A stretch of DNA of 64,000 bases. Origin: a bacterium (GTDB taxonomy: Bacteria; Electryoneota; RPQS01). The DNA is taken from the NCBI GenBank assembly GCA_036504735.1, contig DASXUQ010000017.1:33349-97348 (forward strand), in the 5' to 3' direction. Below the pieces are notes generated by a model. It did no database searches. It had not been told where the DNA came from and saw nothing but the letters and a program-made list of their open reading frames with translations. The position numbers and the translations under genes are program-made. Below are positions 36,346 to 45,625 of this stretch, piece by piece (position 1 is the first letter of the stretch; each line of letters opens with the position of its first letter).

Positions 36346-37479
36346 CTATTCGAGCACAAAGATATTGCGCTTGGCGCAGAGGTCCTTCAGAACCTTCGGC
36401 CATACCGTGACGCTGACTTCGCCCAGGTGAGCCTTTTTCAGAATGGACATCGTCGTGCGAGCCTGGCCGATGCCGCCGCCGATCGAGAGCGGAATCTCAT
36501 CGTTCATGATCGCCTGATGGTACGGCAGCTTAAGGAAGTCAAGCTGGCCCGTCGCTTCGAGCTGCTGCTTCAGGGTATCTTTGGTGACGCGGATACCCAT
36601 CGAGGTCAGTTCGTGGCGGCGCTTCGTCACATGGTTCCACACCAGAATGTCGCCGTTGAGCCCGTGCATCAACTGGCCATTCTTGGTGACCGTCGGCGTA
36701 ACCCAATCGTCATAGTCCGCGGCGCGCATTTCGTGCGGGTAGCCATCCTTCAGCGTCCAGCCGATGCCGACAATAAATACGGCGGGATACTTTTCGGAGA
36801 GCACCTTCGTTTCGCGCTGCTTGCGCGGCAGATCGGGATACATATCCAGCAATTCTTCGGCGTGCAAAAAGACCAGTTCCTTCGGCAGGTTCGGCCACTT
36901 CGGGTCCTTCAGTTTCGGGAACTCGCTCTGCACAAAATCCTCGGCGTCCGTCAGAACTTTCCATTCCTTGCGGACGATGTCTTTGAGAAACTCGAGATGG
37001 CGATCCTTGTCTTCGATCACGCGCTCCCAGTCCCACTGATCGACGTATGCGCTGTGATCGTGGTCAAGGAAATAGTCCTTGCGCACGGCGCGCATGTCGG
37101 TAATAATGCCTTCGCCCACCTTGCAGTTGAACTGCTTCAGGGCGACCCTCTTCCACTTGGTGGCGGCTTGAACCACCTGGGCGTCAATCGGGTTCTTGTT
37201 GTAATCGTTGTTGATGTGGAACTGGATCGGTGTGCGGGAGCCATCCCGATCCAGATAGTCATTGACTCCGCTCTCCACATCTACGATGAGCGGAACTTCC
37301 ACGTCGAACAGATTCAGAGCCTTGCACATCCCGTCCTCGATGAAGCGTTTCAGCTTCGAAAGGGCGATCTGCGTTTCCTTGGGATCCAGCAGCGAGCGGT
37401 AGTCCGTGGGAAGAACCTTTTCCACGTCCTCATAGGTACCAATACCTGGTCCAGCGAGATCAGCTTTCTTGTCTGCCAT
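36346..37479 (-). CDS. asnA: aspartate--ammonia ligase (AsnA-type asparagine synthetase)
   Basis: ETQIALSKLKRFIEDG.., the YVDQWDWERVI block, and SIGGGIGQAR near the C-terminus. GGGAGAAAAC precedes the ATG. Confidence 0.75.
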   Translation of the reverse strand: MADKKADLAGPGIGTYEDVEKVLPTDYRSLLDPKETQIALSKLKRFIEDGMCKALNLFDVEVPLIVDVESGVNDYLDRDGSRTPIQFHINNDYNKNPIDAQVVQAATKWKRVALKQFNCKVGEGIITDMRAVRKDYFLDHDHSAYVDQWDWERVIEDKDRHLEFLKDIVRKEWKVLTDAEDFVQSEFPKLKDPKWPNLPKELVFLHAEELLDMYPDLPRKQRETKVLSEKYPAVFIVGIGWTLKDGYPHEMRAADYDDWVTPTVTKNGQLMHGLNGDILVWNHVTKRRHELTSMGIRVTKDTLKQQLEATGQLDFLKLPYHQAIMNDEIPLSIGGGIGQARTTMSILKKAHLGEVSVTVWPKVLKDLCAKRNIFVLE

Positions 37480-37658
37480 TGTTTTCTCCCAAAAGATTGT
37501 GTGAATGAGGGTACGTTAACTATCCGCAAGCCGATCTCATTTAGCCGGCGGATGAAAAACAGTCATTCAGAAATCAGTCAGCGATCAGTAAGCATTCTCC
37601 TTTCTAAGAGTCCCTTCCCCTTTCAGTGGGAAATGGGATTCCTTTCCTATACTCCGCA

Positions 37659-37683
37659 GTAGGGGTACGCCATGCCGTGCCCG
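37659..37683. repeat. palindromic element, family 3, second copy
   Basis: GTAGGGGTACGCCATGCCGTGCCCG. Confidence 0.65.
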
Positions 37684-37692
37684 TCTTATCTG

Positions 37693-39633
37693 TTAAACGT
37701 GTCCGTTCGCTTCAATCTTCTTCTTCAGCATCTCCGCCACCTGCTTTCCGGGGATCCGTCCTGCCGGCCTCTGCAATTGGCCCATCAGCCAGCGCACACG
37801 GCCCTCGATGGTCTTGGCGCGCGAGGGTACCCGCAGCATGCCGTCTACCATCGACGTCCATTCGGCTTCATCCAGCGGAACCAGATGCTGCTTGGCGGCA
37901 ATGGTCATCCATTCGGTGCCCGAACGGCGGCTGCGATACTGAATCAGCAGCGGCACCGCTTCCCACAGCAGTTCGCCCTTCCGCAGATGCTCGAACAGCT
38001 TGCGCCAGGCGTCTTCGGGAATCTTGTCCGGATTGCCGCCGCGGCGCTTGGCCGAGCGGATATCCTGCACCAGCACGCGCGCCACACGATTGGCGGGAAT
38101 GCGTCCGTCCTCTTCGATCTTCCAATACAGTCCGAAATACGGCGACATCACGAGCTGCTCGGCCAGCACCGCGCTCATGCCCGTATCCAGCAGGCGCTTG
38201 CGCTGATCCCACCGCGTCGCGGGCAGATGCTCGCGGATGCGGTTGACGCGTCCGGTGGAAATCACCGTCGGCGGAGTGTCCGTATCGGGATACATGCGGT
38301 TCGGTCCTGCCAGCAGTCGCTCGAAATCCGTCCAGCCACCCTTGCGCGCCTGACGGGTCTCCGACGGCACTCCCTGCGTAGCTTCCCGAATGCGCCCCAC
38401 GATCTCGTTGATCGCTGTCGTCACGTCCTCATCCGGTCCCCACACCACGATCACCGCGTCATCGAGCCGCGCATTGGTGATCGAACGCACCGCGGTGCGT
38501 TCTTCGGGGAAGAGCGAGAACTCGCCGTCCGTGTCCGTGTGGAACATGTTCGGCTTCTCATCGAGGCAGGCAATCACGCGCACGCGCCCGGCGACTTCAT
38601 GCGCGAACGTCCGTCCCGGCTGCACATCGGTGGACAGCAGTCCGGCAATGCCCATTACCTTCACCGCTACCATACGCTGCCCGGTTTCGTGGGCCTTGGC
38701 CAGCTTGGCCGTGCGGAAATGGATCTGCTCCTTGGGAAGCTCGTACACGGCGTACTCGAGTGTGCTCTCCGTGATCCGCCGCTGCTTCAGCATCTCGCGG
38801 ATGTCCAGCAGCCGCTTCTGGCGGAAGGCTTCCACCGAGACCAGTCGCGGAAACATGGGAATGCGCGGCACGCCCTTGATCTCGACTCGGGTGCTCCCGT
38901 TAATCGAGACATTCACATCCTGCCGCACGCTGCCGATGCCGCGCCGCACCTTGCCCGTCGACCTCAGGATCTGCGAGATGATGTGTCCCGCTTCGGCTAC
39001 CTCGTAGGGATGCCTCATCTCCGCCTCGGTCACCACTTCAATCAGCGGCATGCCTAAGCGGTCGGTGCGGAACTGAATCGTGTGCCGCTCATCGGAGACT
39101 TCCCGGCACGAATCCTCCTCAAGGCCGAGCTGGACAATACCCAGCCGCCTGTCCTTGAAGGGAATGTTGCCGGTGACGCCCACCAGAGTGGTGCGCTGAA
39201 AGCCCGTGGGAATGGAGCCGTCGAGGTACTGCTTGCGGGCAATATGGGCCTCACCCACGATCTGGCAGTCGAACAGCATCGCGATTTCCAGCGCGATGTC
39301 CACCGCTTCCTGATTGATCGGGAAGGGCGGGGTGTCGTCCATCTCGTAGGTGCAGACCGACTCCTTGTTCAGGAGGTAGACGATCTCTTTTTTGGTTTTG
39401 AACTCCATCAGCGCGCAGGGATCGTACTCTCCCAGTTCGCTAAGGGTGGGACGCATGTGTCTCAGGACCTGTGCATCCACTTTCTCGGAATAAAGTCCTG
39501 CGGGGCAATTGCAGAACAACTTACGCTGTGTCAGAATCTGATGATGGACTTCAAGCCCGCAGCGAAAGCCCAAGGCCTTATAGTCTAAATCGAGGATCTG
39601 GTACGGATTATCGGAACCGCCGGAAGATTGCAT
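37693..39633 (-). CDS. gatE: Glu-tRNA(Gln) amidotransferase subunit E (archaeal-type, GatB paralogue)
   Basis: LGFRCGLEVHHQILTQRKLFCNCP at the N-terminus and a 646-aa length with an insertion domain, which fits GatE rather than the ~480-aa GatB. Confidence 0.8.
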   Translation of the reverse strand: MQSSGGSDNPYQILDLDYKALGFRCGLEVHHQILTQRKLFCNCPAGLYSEKVDAQVLRHMRPTLSELGEYDPCALMEFKTKKEIVYLLNKESVCTYEMDDTPPFPINQEAVDIALEIAMLFDCQIVGEAHIARKQYLDGSIPTGFQRTTLVGVTGNIPFKDRRLGIVQLGLEEDSCREVSDERHTIQFRTDRLGMPLIEVVTEAEMRHPYEVAEAGHIISQILRSTGKVRRGIGSVRQDVNVSINGSTRVEIKGVPRIPMFPRLVSVEAFRQKRLLDIREMLKQRRITESTLEYAVYELPKEQIHFRTAKLAKAHETGQRMVAVKVMGIAGLLSTDVQPGRTFAHEVAGRVRVIACLDEKPNMFHTDTDGEFSLFPEERTAVRSITNARLDDAVIVVWGPDEDVTTAINEIVGRIREATQGVPSETRQARKGGWTDFERLLAGPNRMYPDTDTPPTVISTGRVNRIREHLPATRWDQRKRLLDTGMSAVLAEQLVMSPYFGLYWKIEEDGRIPANRVARVLVQDIRSAKRRGGNPDKIPEDAWRKLFEHLRKGELLWEAVPLLIQYRSRRSGTEWMTIAAKQHLVPLDEAEWTSMVDGMLRVPSRAKTIEGRVRWLMGQLQRPAGRIPGKQVAEMLKKKIEANGHV

Positions 39634-39785
39634 GAAGATGGGGTCTAAAACGCCGAAGCACGTGGATTAAGGAAGGATTTCACATCTATCAAGATGCGAA
39701 AATTCGAGCAGAAAATCAACTTAACCGGCACAAATTCCCGCCAATCGGCCATTCGGGGTGATTCCGGCACCCCCCAAAATACGCA

Positions 39786-39805
39786 AGGCGGCCATAGGGC
39801 CGCCT
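39786..39805 (-). terminator. hairpin downstream of the 37-aa ORF
   Basis: aggcggcc-atag-ggccgcct. On the minus strand it is followed by tgcgtatttt. Confidence 0.4.
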
Positions 39806-39865
39806 CCGTTGGAGGGCACATTCTTATTCTGCCGGGTCGTAAAAAGCGGTTCTGAGGGGCGGATG

Positions 39866-39979
39866 TCAGCCCATCTGGCGCTTCAGGCGCAGATGGATGC
39901 AATAGGCGCGGTAGCTGCACACAAACGACATCAGCACGAGTCTCCACCACGGCGTGCGTCTGGCAAAGCCTTGGTTCAC
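39866..39979 (-). CDS. 37-aa cationic/hydrophobic small protein candidate (fM-NQGFARRTPWWRLVLMSFVCSYRAYCIHLRLKRQMG)
   Basis: GTG start with GGAG 7 nt upstream, a consensus promoter ~45 nt upstream and a hairpin ~60 nt downstream. This is the 3' part of track ORF 39866..40102. Confidence 0.4.
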   Translation of the reverse strand: MNQGFARRTPWWRLVLMSFVCSYRAYCIHLRLKRQMG

Positions 39980-40009
39980 TGTCGGACTCCGTTTAATACC
40001 CGTTCCAGT

Positions 40010-40053
40010 ACATACGGTATAGTAAGTATACCGTATGTTCCGGGAAAAGTCAA
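40010..40053 (-). promoter_or_regulatory. sigma70 consensus-like promoter overlapped by a 12-bp perfect inverted repeat
   Basis: On the minus strand: TTGACT (40053-40048), 17 nt, TATACT (40030-40025). The repeat ACATACGGTATA-N5-TATACCGTATGT (40010-40038) covers the -10 element and the predicted start site. Confidence 0.55.
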
Positions 40054-40428
40054 TATAGAGTCTGCAACATTTTGAACAAGGCAGATTTTCTAAATTTATC
40101 AAATAAAAACTGTTAAAACCAGACCAGACACGAATGATATGGAAGGATCAAGCACTGAGAGGAATGCCTCTTGCAAAACCCTTCACCTGAATACCCCGCA
40201 CCGCAGCCCAACCCTTCGCGGCGGCAGGCCTCTTGGGACTCGGGCCTGCCCCGCTTGACCCCATCTAAGAAGAGGGACGGCCCGCCTTGGGCGAGATCTC
40301 GGCTTCGCTGGACCGTCCGGCACTCCCCATCCGGATGCCGCGCACCCTCCTGCCATAGCCGGGCATGCGAAATTCCAAGACGCATACCGCGGCGAAGCAT
40401 AGGGCAACGGTGATGCACAACTCTTATG

Positions 40429-40500
40429 CTCCCCTTTCCCTATTTCATGGGGAAAGTCCTTAGACCTCGACGAAGGCGGGGGGCCGGGGGATAGAGGTCT
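40429..40500. repeat. REP-like element, family 1, second copy
   Basis: ctcccctttccctatttcatggggaaag...gggggatagaggtct. See 19093-19139. Confidence 0.6.
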
Positions 40501-40542
40501 GTGGGCACAAACACAAAAAAGATAAGGGTGTTTTTCGCCTTT

Positions 40543-40580
40543 TTTCAGCCTTTCAGCGTTTCAGTATTTCAGCATTTTCT
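40543..40580. repeat. 8-nt periodic repeat (TTTCAGNN x4)
   Basis: tttcagcc tttcagcg tttcagta tttcagca ttttct. Confidence 0.7.
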
Positions 40581-40655
40581 TAAACTTCCCCAGTTCGTTC
40601 GGTACAAAAACATTTTCCTGTTAAGACAGCCGGTTTTTGAACTCCAAACAAAGCA

Positions 40656-40681
40656 AGCGCCCGCATTTGCATGCGGGCGCT
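40656..40681 (-). terminator. intrinsic terminator after the hydrogenase operon
   Basis: agcgcccgcat-ttgc-atgcgggcgct. On the minus strand it is followed by tgctttgttt. Confidence 0.65.
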
Positions 40682-40710
40682 AAAGTCCGTCGGATACACG
40701 ATCCGGCTGC

Positions 40711-42000
40711 TCAGTCTCTCAAGATATCCAGGCGGATGGCGTGAGTGGCGCAGGAGATGCAAGGATCATAATTCCGGATGGCTTGCTCACATTGCCATGT
40801 CAGCTTGTCATGCGGCTGATCCAGGTTCTGCTCGACATAGGCTCGCAGATCGTCTTCCATCTGCTTCTGATTCTGTGATGTGGGAGGAGTAATTTTCGCG
40901 TCGAGCACGTAGCCGTTCTCATCCAGACGATACCGGTGATACAGAATGCCGCGCGGAGCCTCGCTCATGCCGCTGCCCATCGAAGCCTTCGGCGTCATTT
41001 CGATAAACGGCTTCTCGGGCACTTCATAGCTCTCGCAAATCCGCAGAGCCTCTTCAATCGCCCACAGCAACTCTACCGCGCGAACCACGATGCCCTTGAA
41101 GGGATTCTTCACGACTTTTTCCAGCCCGGCCTTCTTCGCCTCGGATTGGGCCAGCGGCGTCAGACGGTCGTAGTTCAAGGCATAGCGGGCCAGCGGACCA
41201 ACCAGATACGCGCCCGTGCCCAGCATCTTCGAATGCAATGCGTTGGCGTGCGGGATATGCTCTTCCTGGAAATGCTTCTCGTAATCGGAGACGGGGATGT
41301 TGAGCCCGTTGGACGAGACCACATTGCCTTCGCACAGCGGGTATTCTGTCGGATGCCGCAACGACACGAACACATAGTCCTGCTCGAAGTTGGGGAACTT
41401 CAAAGTGGCCATGAGCCGCAGCGTTTCCACCGCTTCATCGCGCGCCTTCTTCAGCGGCTCAATGTAGGCGCGGATGTCCTTCTTGGACGGCGACTTATAA
41501 AACCCGCCGACACGCACGTTGATCGGATGGATCTCCCGTCCGCCCACCGTGGTCATGATGTCGTTGCCCAGCTTCTTGATCCGCAGGCCGCGTTCCACTT
41601 CCTTGGGGAAGTCCTTGGCCATCGCCAGCGCGTCCTGGTATCCCAGAAAGTCCGGCGCATGCAGCAGGTGAATGTGCAGGGAGTGGCTTTCGATCCACTC
41701 GCCGCAGTACAGCAGGCGGCGCAGTTCGCGGATCATGCCGTCCGGCTTCTGGCCGAAGGCACTTTCAATCGCGTGGCAGGAACTCATCTGGTACGCCACC
41801 GGGCAGATGCCGCAGATGCGCGCCGTCAGATCCGGCACTTCTTTATACAGACGTCCCCGCAGCCAGGCTTCGAAAAAGCGCGGCGGTTCGAAGATGTTCA
41901 GTTTGACTTCCGTGACCTGATCGTCTTTGACCTTGACCAGGATTCCGCCCTCGCCTTCCACGCGGGCCAGATAATCGACCTTGATGGTTCTACTTTTCAT
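40711..42000 (-). CDS. [NiFe] hydrogenase large (alpha) subunit, group 3b-like
   Basis: RVEGEGGI.., N-terminal [10 protein letters not shown] and C-terminal [10 protein letters not shown] metal-binding motifs. ATG 42000 ([10 protein letters not shown]) is preferred. Confidence 0.85.
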   Translation of the reverse strand: MKSRTIKVDYLARVEGEGGILVKVKDDQVTEVKLNIFEPPRFFEAWLRGRLYKEVPDLTARICGICPVAYQMSSCHAIESAFGQKPDGMIRELRRLLYCGEWIESHSLHIHLLHAPDFLGYQDALAMAKDFPKEVERGLRIKKLGNDIMTTVGGREIHPINVRVGGFYKSPSKKDIRAYIEPLKKARDEAVETLRLMATLKFPNFEQDYVFVSLRHPTEYPLCEGNVVSSNGLNIPVSDYEKHFQEEHIPHANALHSKMLGTGAYLVGPLARYALNYDRLTPLAQSEAKKAGLEKVVKNPFKGIVVRAVELLWAIEEALRICESYEVPEKPFIEMTPKASMGSGMSEAPRGILYHRYRLDENGYVLDAKITPPTSQNQKQMEDDLRAYVEQNLDQPHDKLTWQCEQAIRNYDPCISCATHAIRLDILRD

Positions 42001-42769
42001 GGGCCTCGCTCTCCTTGCGGAACGGGTCCGCGCAGGCGTTGAAACTGCGGAACGCGCGCACGATGTCATCATCTTTCAGTCCCATCTTCTGGAACTGGCT
42101 GCTCATAGAGGCGGTGTTGGGAGTCTCCTTCGGACCGAAGCAGCCGAAGCAGCCGCGGGCAAAGGACGGACAAAGCGCGTTGCAGCCCGCGTGGGTGACC
42201 GGGCCGAGACAGGGCATACCCTGCGCGACCATCACACACGGCGTGCCGCGCATCTTGCACTCCATACAGACACTGTGCGGGAAGATGTTCGGCTTGCGGC
42301 CGTTCAAAAACGCGTTCAGCACTTCAAGCAACTGCATCTTGTTGATCGGGCAGCCGCGCAGTTCATAATCCACGCGCACGTGATCGGAAATCGGCGTGGA
42401 CTTGGCCAGCGTCTCGATGTAGTGGGGCGACGCGTACACGGTATTGAAAAAGTCCTTGACGTCCTTGAAATTCCGCAGCGCCTGAACACCGCCCGCCGTG
42501 GCACACGCCCCGATGGTGATCAGCACCTGCGAATCGCGGCGGATCTTGTGAATGCGCTCGGCGTCGTGCGGCGTGGTGATCGAGCCTTCCACCAGAGACA
42601 CCGTGTACGGCCCGGGCTGCATCGCGCGCGACGCTTCAGCGAAGTTGGCGATTTCCACCGTGCCCGCTACGGCCAGAAGTTCATCTTCACAGTCCAGCAG
42701 GCTGAGTTGGCAGCCGTCACAGGACGCGAACTTCCAGACCGCTATTCTTGGCTTGGATTGTTTTGCCAT
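41990..42769 (-). CDS. [NiFe] hydrogenase small (delta) subunit, NuoB-like
   Basis: [24 protein letters not shown] plus further Cys clusters. It overlaps the alpha start by 11 nt. Confidence 0.8.
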   Translation of the reverse strand: MAKQSKPRIAVWKFASCDGCQLSLLDCEDELLAVAGTVEIANFAEASRAMQPGPYTVSLVEGSITTPHDAERIHKIRRDSQVLITIGACATAGGVQALRNFKDVKDFFNTVYASPHYIETLAKSTPISDHVRVDYELRGCPINKMQLLEVLNAFLNGRKPNIFPHSVCMECKMRGTPCVMVAQGMPCLGPVTHAGCNALCPSFARGCFGCFGPKETPNTASMSSQFQKMGLKDDDIVRAFRSFNACADPFRKESEAHEK

Positions 42770-42770
42770 G

Positions 42771-43604
42771 TCAAATTTCCCGCTTTCTCATCCAGTCCCG
42801 GATGGTCTCGTAAGAGTACACCGGTCCGTCCTTGCAGACGAAGCTCGGCCCGCACTGGCAGTGGCCGCAGAGGCCGACGCCGCACTTCATGTTGCGTTCC
42901 ATCGAGACGTAAATGTCCTTGTCGGCCATGCCGGCCTTCTGCAGGTCCGCGATCGTAAAGCGCATCATGATCTCGGGGCCGACCAGCATCGCCACGGCAT
43001 TCTTCGGATCGAATACGGCCTTGGGAATCAGGCGCGTGACCACTCCCACATTGCCCAGCCAGCCGTCCGTCGCCCGGTCCACGGTGATCGTGACGTCCAT
43101 ATCGAACCGTCCGCGCCACTGCTCCAGCTCCTTGGGGAAGAGCAGATCGTCGGGAGTGCGCGCGCCGTAGAGCAGTACGAACTTGCCGTACTCTTCCCGA
43201 TTGGCGAGGATCTGATAAATGGCCGGGCGTAGCGGGGGAAGCCCGATACCGCCGGCGACGATGACCACATCCTTGCCCTTGGCCTGTTCTACCGGCCATG
43301 CGGAGCCGAACGGGCCGCGCATACCCAGCACATCGCCCTTCTTGAGCTTCTGCAGGGCCTTGGTGACCGTGCCGACCGCTCGCGTGGTGTGGATCAGCGG
43401 CAGTGGATCCGTCGGATCGCCGCTGATGCTGATGGGCACTTCGCCCACACCGAAAACATACAGCATGTTGAACTGTCCGGGAGCAAACGTAAATTCTCCG
43501 CTGCCCGCCGGCTCCAGTTCCATGGTAAACGTATCGTAAGTGTCCTGCGCCGTTCGCCGGATGCGGAACGGACGCATGGTCATGGAATCCTGATTAGTCG
43601 CCAT
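42771..43604 (-). CDS. FAD/NAD(P)-binding oxidoreductase with C-terminal 2Fe-2S motif (hydrogenase gamma subunit-like)
   Basis: PyrK-like fold pattern ([33 protein letters not shown]) and C-terminal [11 protein letters not shown]. Confidence 0.75.
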   Translation of the reverse strand: MATNQDSMTMRPFRIRRTAQDTYDTFTMELEPAGSGEFTFAPGQFNMLYVFGVGEVPISISGDPTDPLPLIHTTRAVGTVTKALQKLKKGDVLGMRGPFGSAWPVEQAKGKDVVIVAGGIGLPPLRPAIYQILANREEYGKFVLLYGARTPDDLLFPKELEQWRGRFDMDVTITVDRATDGWLGNVGVVTRLIPKAVFDPKNAVAMLVGPEIMMRFTIADLQKAGMADKDIYVSMERNMKCGVGLCGHCQCGPSFVCKDGPVYSYETIRDWMRKREI

Positions 43605-43624
43605 AGTTGCTACTCGCCTTGAGG

Positions 43625-44080
43625 TCAGTCGGAATAGACATCGAGCAGTTGCATGGTCATCGCTTCCACCCGGTCCACGATGATCGGCACAAACCGCTTG
43701 TAAAGTTCGAGTTCGAGTTGGGGATCTTTGGTGCACTTTTCGCGCAGGCACTTGGCGTCAATGCGGATCGCCCGCGTGATCTGAATCGCCCGCACGTCGC
43801 CGTGCACCCGGTAGGGGGAAACCAGCCAGGACCAGCCGACCACTTCGCCTTCACGCAGCGTCAGATAGGTGATCTCGCCCTTGGTGGGGGAGTACACGTC
43901 CAGCGCCACCGAGCCGGCACGGATCAGATAAAACTCGTCCGCCTGATCGCCGTCCCGCGTGATGAATTCGCCCTGGTTGAAACGGACGTTGGACGCGCAG
44001 CCGACCATCAATTTGATATACTGCGGATCCAATCCCTTAAAGACCGGATGTTCGGCCAGGATCGGTTCAAGCGTTTCCAT
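43625..44080 (-). CDS. stand-alone cyclic-nucleotide-binding-domain protein (151 aa, no HTH)
   Basis: [44 protein letters not shown] fits the cNMP-binding beta-roll. The upstream part of track ORF 43625..44410 was rejected. Confidence 0.7.
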   Translation of the reverse strand: METLEPILAEHPVFKGLDPQYIKLMVGCASNVRFNQGEFITRDGDQADEFYLIRAGSVALDVYSPTKGEITYLTLREGEVVGWSWLVSPYRVHGDVRAIQITRAIRIDAKCLREKCTKDPQLELELYKRFVPIIVDRVEAMTMQLLDVYSD

Positions 44081-45227
44081 GTTGAGGCTCCTTGACTGCG
44101 GGTTTGACGCGGAGAGCGGCGGCTTCTTCGGTGATGTCGATGCCGACCGGACACCAGGTGATGCAACGGCCACAGCCGGTGCAGCCCATCTCGCCGAACT
44201 GATCCTGCCAGGCCGCGAGCTTGTGGGACAGCCACTGGCGATACCGCGACTTGGCGCTGGTACGGATGCTTCCGCCGTGGATGTAGGAGAAGTCCAGCGT
44301 GAAACAGGAATCCCAACGCTTGACCCGCGAGGCCGTCTTGCCGTGCAGATCGGTGTGGTCTTCCATGGTCGTGCAGAAGCAGGTCGGGCAGACCATGGTG
44401 CAGTTGCCACAGGTCAGGCAGCGGGAACCGACGTTATCCCAGCGCGGATGCTCGGAATTTTCATAGATCACTTCGCGCAGGCCGTCGGTATTGAGCTTGC
44501 GGCCCATCTGCTTTTCGGCTTCGGCAACGACGCGTTCGGCGGCGGCAAGATCTTCCGCCGTGGCTTCACGGTGGGGGATCTCTTTCAGCACCTCTTCACC
44601 GCGCTTGGAACCGGTCTCGATCACAAAGCGGTGTTTGCCTTTTTCCACGATCTCGGTCAGGCTCAGGTCAAAGTCGCCGGTCACCTCCGGTCCGGTCTTC
44701 ATGGAGGCGCAGAAACACGTGCCGCCGGCCTTGCCGCAGTTCAGTGCGACAATAAAGGTCCGCTTGCGCATCGCGGCATAGCCGGGATCCACATACGGCC
44801 CTTCGAGCAGCACCTTATCCTGAATGGCAATAGCCCTCAGTTCGCAGGCGCGCACACCCAGCAGGGCATAGCTCGGCAGATCATGATTCGGTGCGATCGG
44901 CTGAAGGCCTTCCCGCTTACCCTGCCACACGGTGACGTGGGGTGGACGCAGAAACTGCTTCCACGAGTGCTGCGGGACGGTGTAGCCGAACAGGGCATCA
45001 TCGGGACGCTTCTTGAGCGCATACTGGCCGTTGGACTGTTCATCGGTCCATCCGGCAGGCAGTTGCGTCGCGTCATCCAGCTCATCATAGACAATCGCCC
45101 CATCGCGCACTTGCGGTCCGATGACGCGAAAGCCTTTCTTTCTCAGAGCTTCAATCAGATGAGAGAAATTGCCGCGGTCAAGTGCGGCACGGGTTGGTTT
45201 AGATGCAGCTTTGGCCATTGTATCCAA
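44067..45227 (-). CDS. 4Fe-4S cluster protein (hydrogenase beta subunit-like / AsrA-like)
   Basis: [16 protein letters not shown] and [16 protein letters not shown] ferredoxin-type motifs. Confidence 0.75.
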   Translation of the reverse strand: MDTMAKAASKPTRAALDRGNFSHLIEALRKKGFRVIGPQVRDGAIVYDELDDATQLPAGWTDEQSNGQYALKKRPDDALFGYTVPQHSWKQFLRPPHVTVWQGKREGLQPIAPNHDLPSYALLGVRACELRAIAIQDKVLLEGPYVDPGYAAMRKRTFIVALNCGKAGGTCFCASMKTGPEVTGDFDLSLTEIVEKGKHRFVIETGSKRGEEVLKEIPHREATAEDLAAAERVVAEAEKQMGRKLNTDGLREVIYENSEHPRWDNVGSRCLTCGNCTMVCPTCFCTTMEDHTDLHGKTASRVKRWDSCFTLDFSYIHGGSIRTSAKSRYRQWLSHKLAAWQDQFGEMGCTGCGRCITWCPVGIDITEEAAALRVKPAVKEPQHGNA

Positions 45228-45294
45228 TACGTTTCAATTCTGAGGCTCTGCACCGAAAATCGGCAGAGCAGAGGGAGGAAAGCTGACTTGTGAA

Positions 45295-45323
45295 AATATA
45301 CGCAAAAGGCGTGACATTGTCAA
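45295..45323 (-). promoter_or_regulatory. sigma70 consensus-like promoter of the hydrogenase operon
   Basis: On the minus strand: TTGACA (45323-45318), 17 nt, TATATT (45300-45295), about 65 nt upstream of the first start codon. Confidence 0.55.
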
Positions 45324-45625
45324 GCGTACTTTTTCACGTGCCTTTCGGTCTTTTCCGGTGCAAAAATGCTCTACAAAAATCGTGCTAATGATTCTGACCA
45401 CAGCCTTTGCTTTTCAACGGCCCGGCGGCGGAGGCATGGTGCAGGAGCGTTGTCCGGTTTGTCTGCCGGGAATCCGCAGGTTGTCAAAAATCAGTGCCCA
45501 GCGGCTTTTAGCGGGTCATGTTGCCACGGGAAGTGACCCTTGATGGATGCCGAAAGTTGTGGCAAAGGGGTGCCTGTCGATAGTATATTGATGGATTACC
45601 TGCCGGCCCATCTTTGAGGACACCT

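Noticed and set aside
39866-40102. Full-length 78-aa version of the small ORF starting at ATG 40102.
   Set aside because: That start lies upstream of the consensus promoter at 40053-40025 and the ORF would run through the palindrome. The GTG at 39979 with its GGAG is the coherent start.
40446-40456. GGGGAAAGTCC resembling the RNase P RNA CR-I box (GAGGAAAGUCC).
   Set aside because: The motif is the 3' arm of the family-1 REP hairpin (the same GGGGAAAG occurs at 19113-19120). No other RNase P conserved regions are nearby.
44081-44410. Upstream 109 aa of track ORF 43625..44410.
   Set aside because: It overlaps the 3' end of the 4Fe-4S subunit gene in another frame and is P/R/S-rich. The cNMP-binding fold begins at the ATG at 44080.
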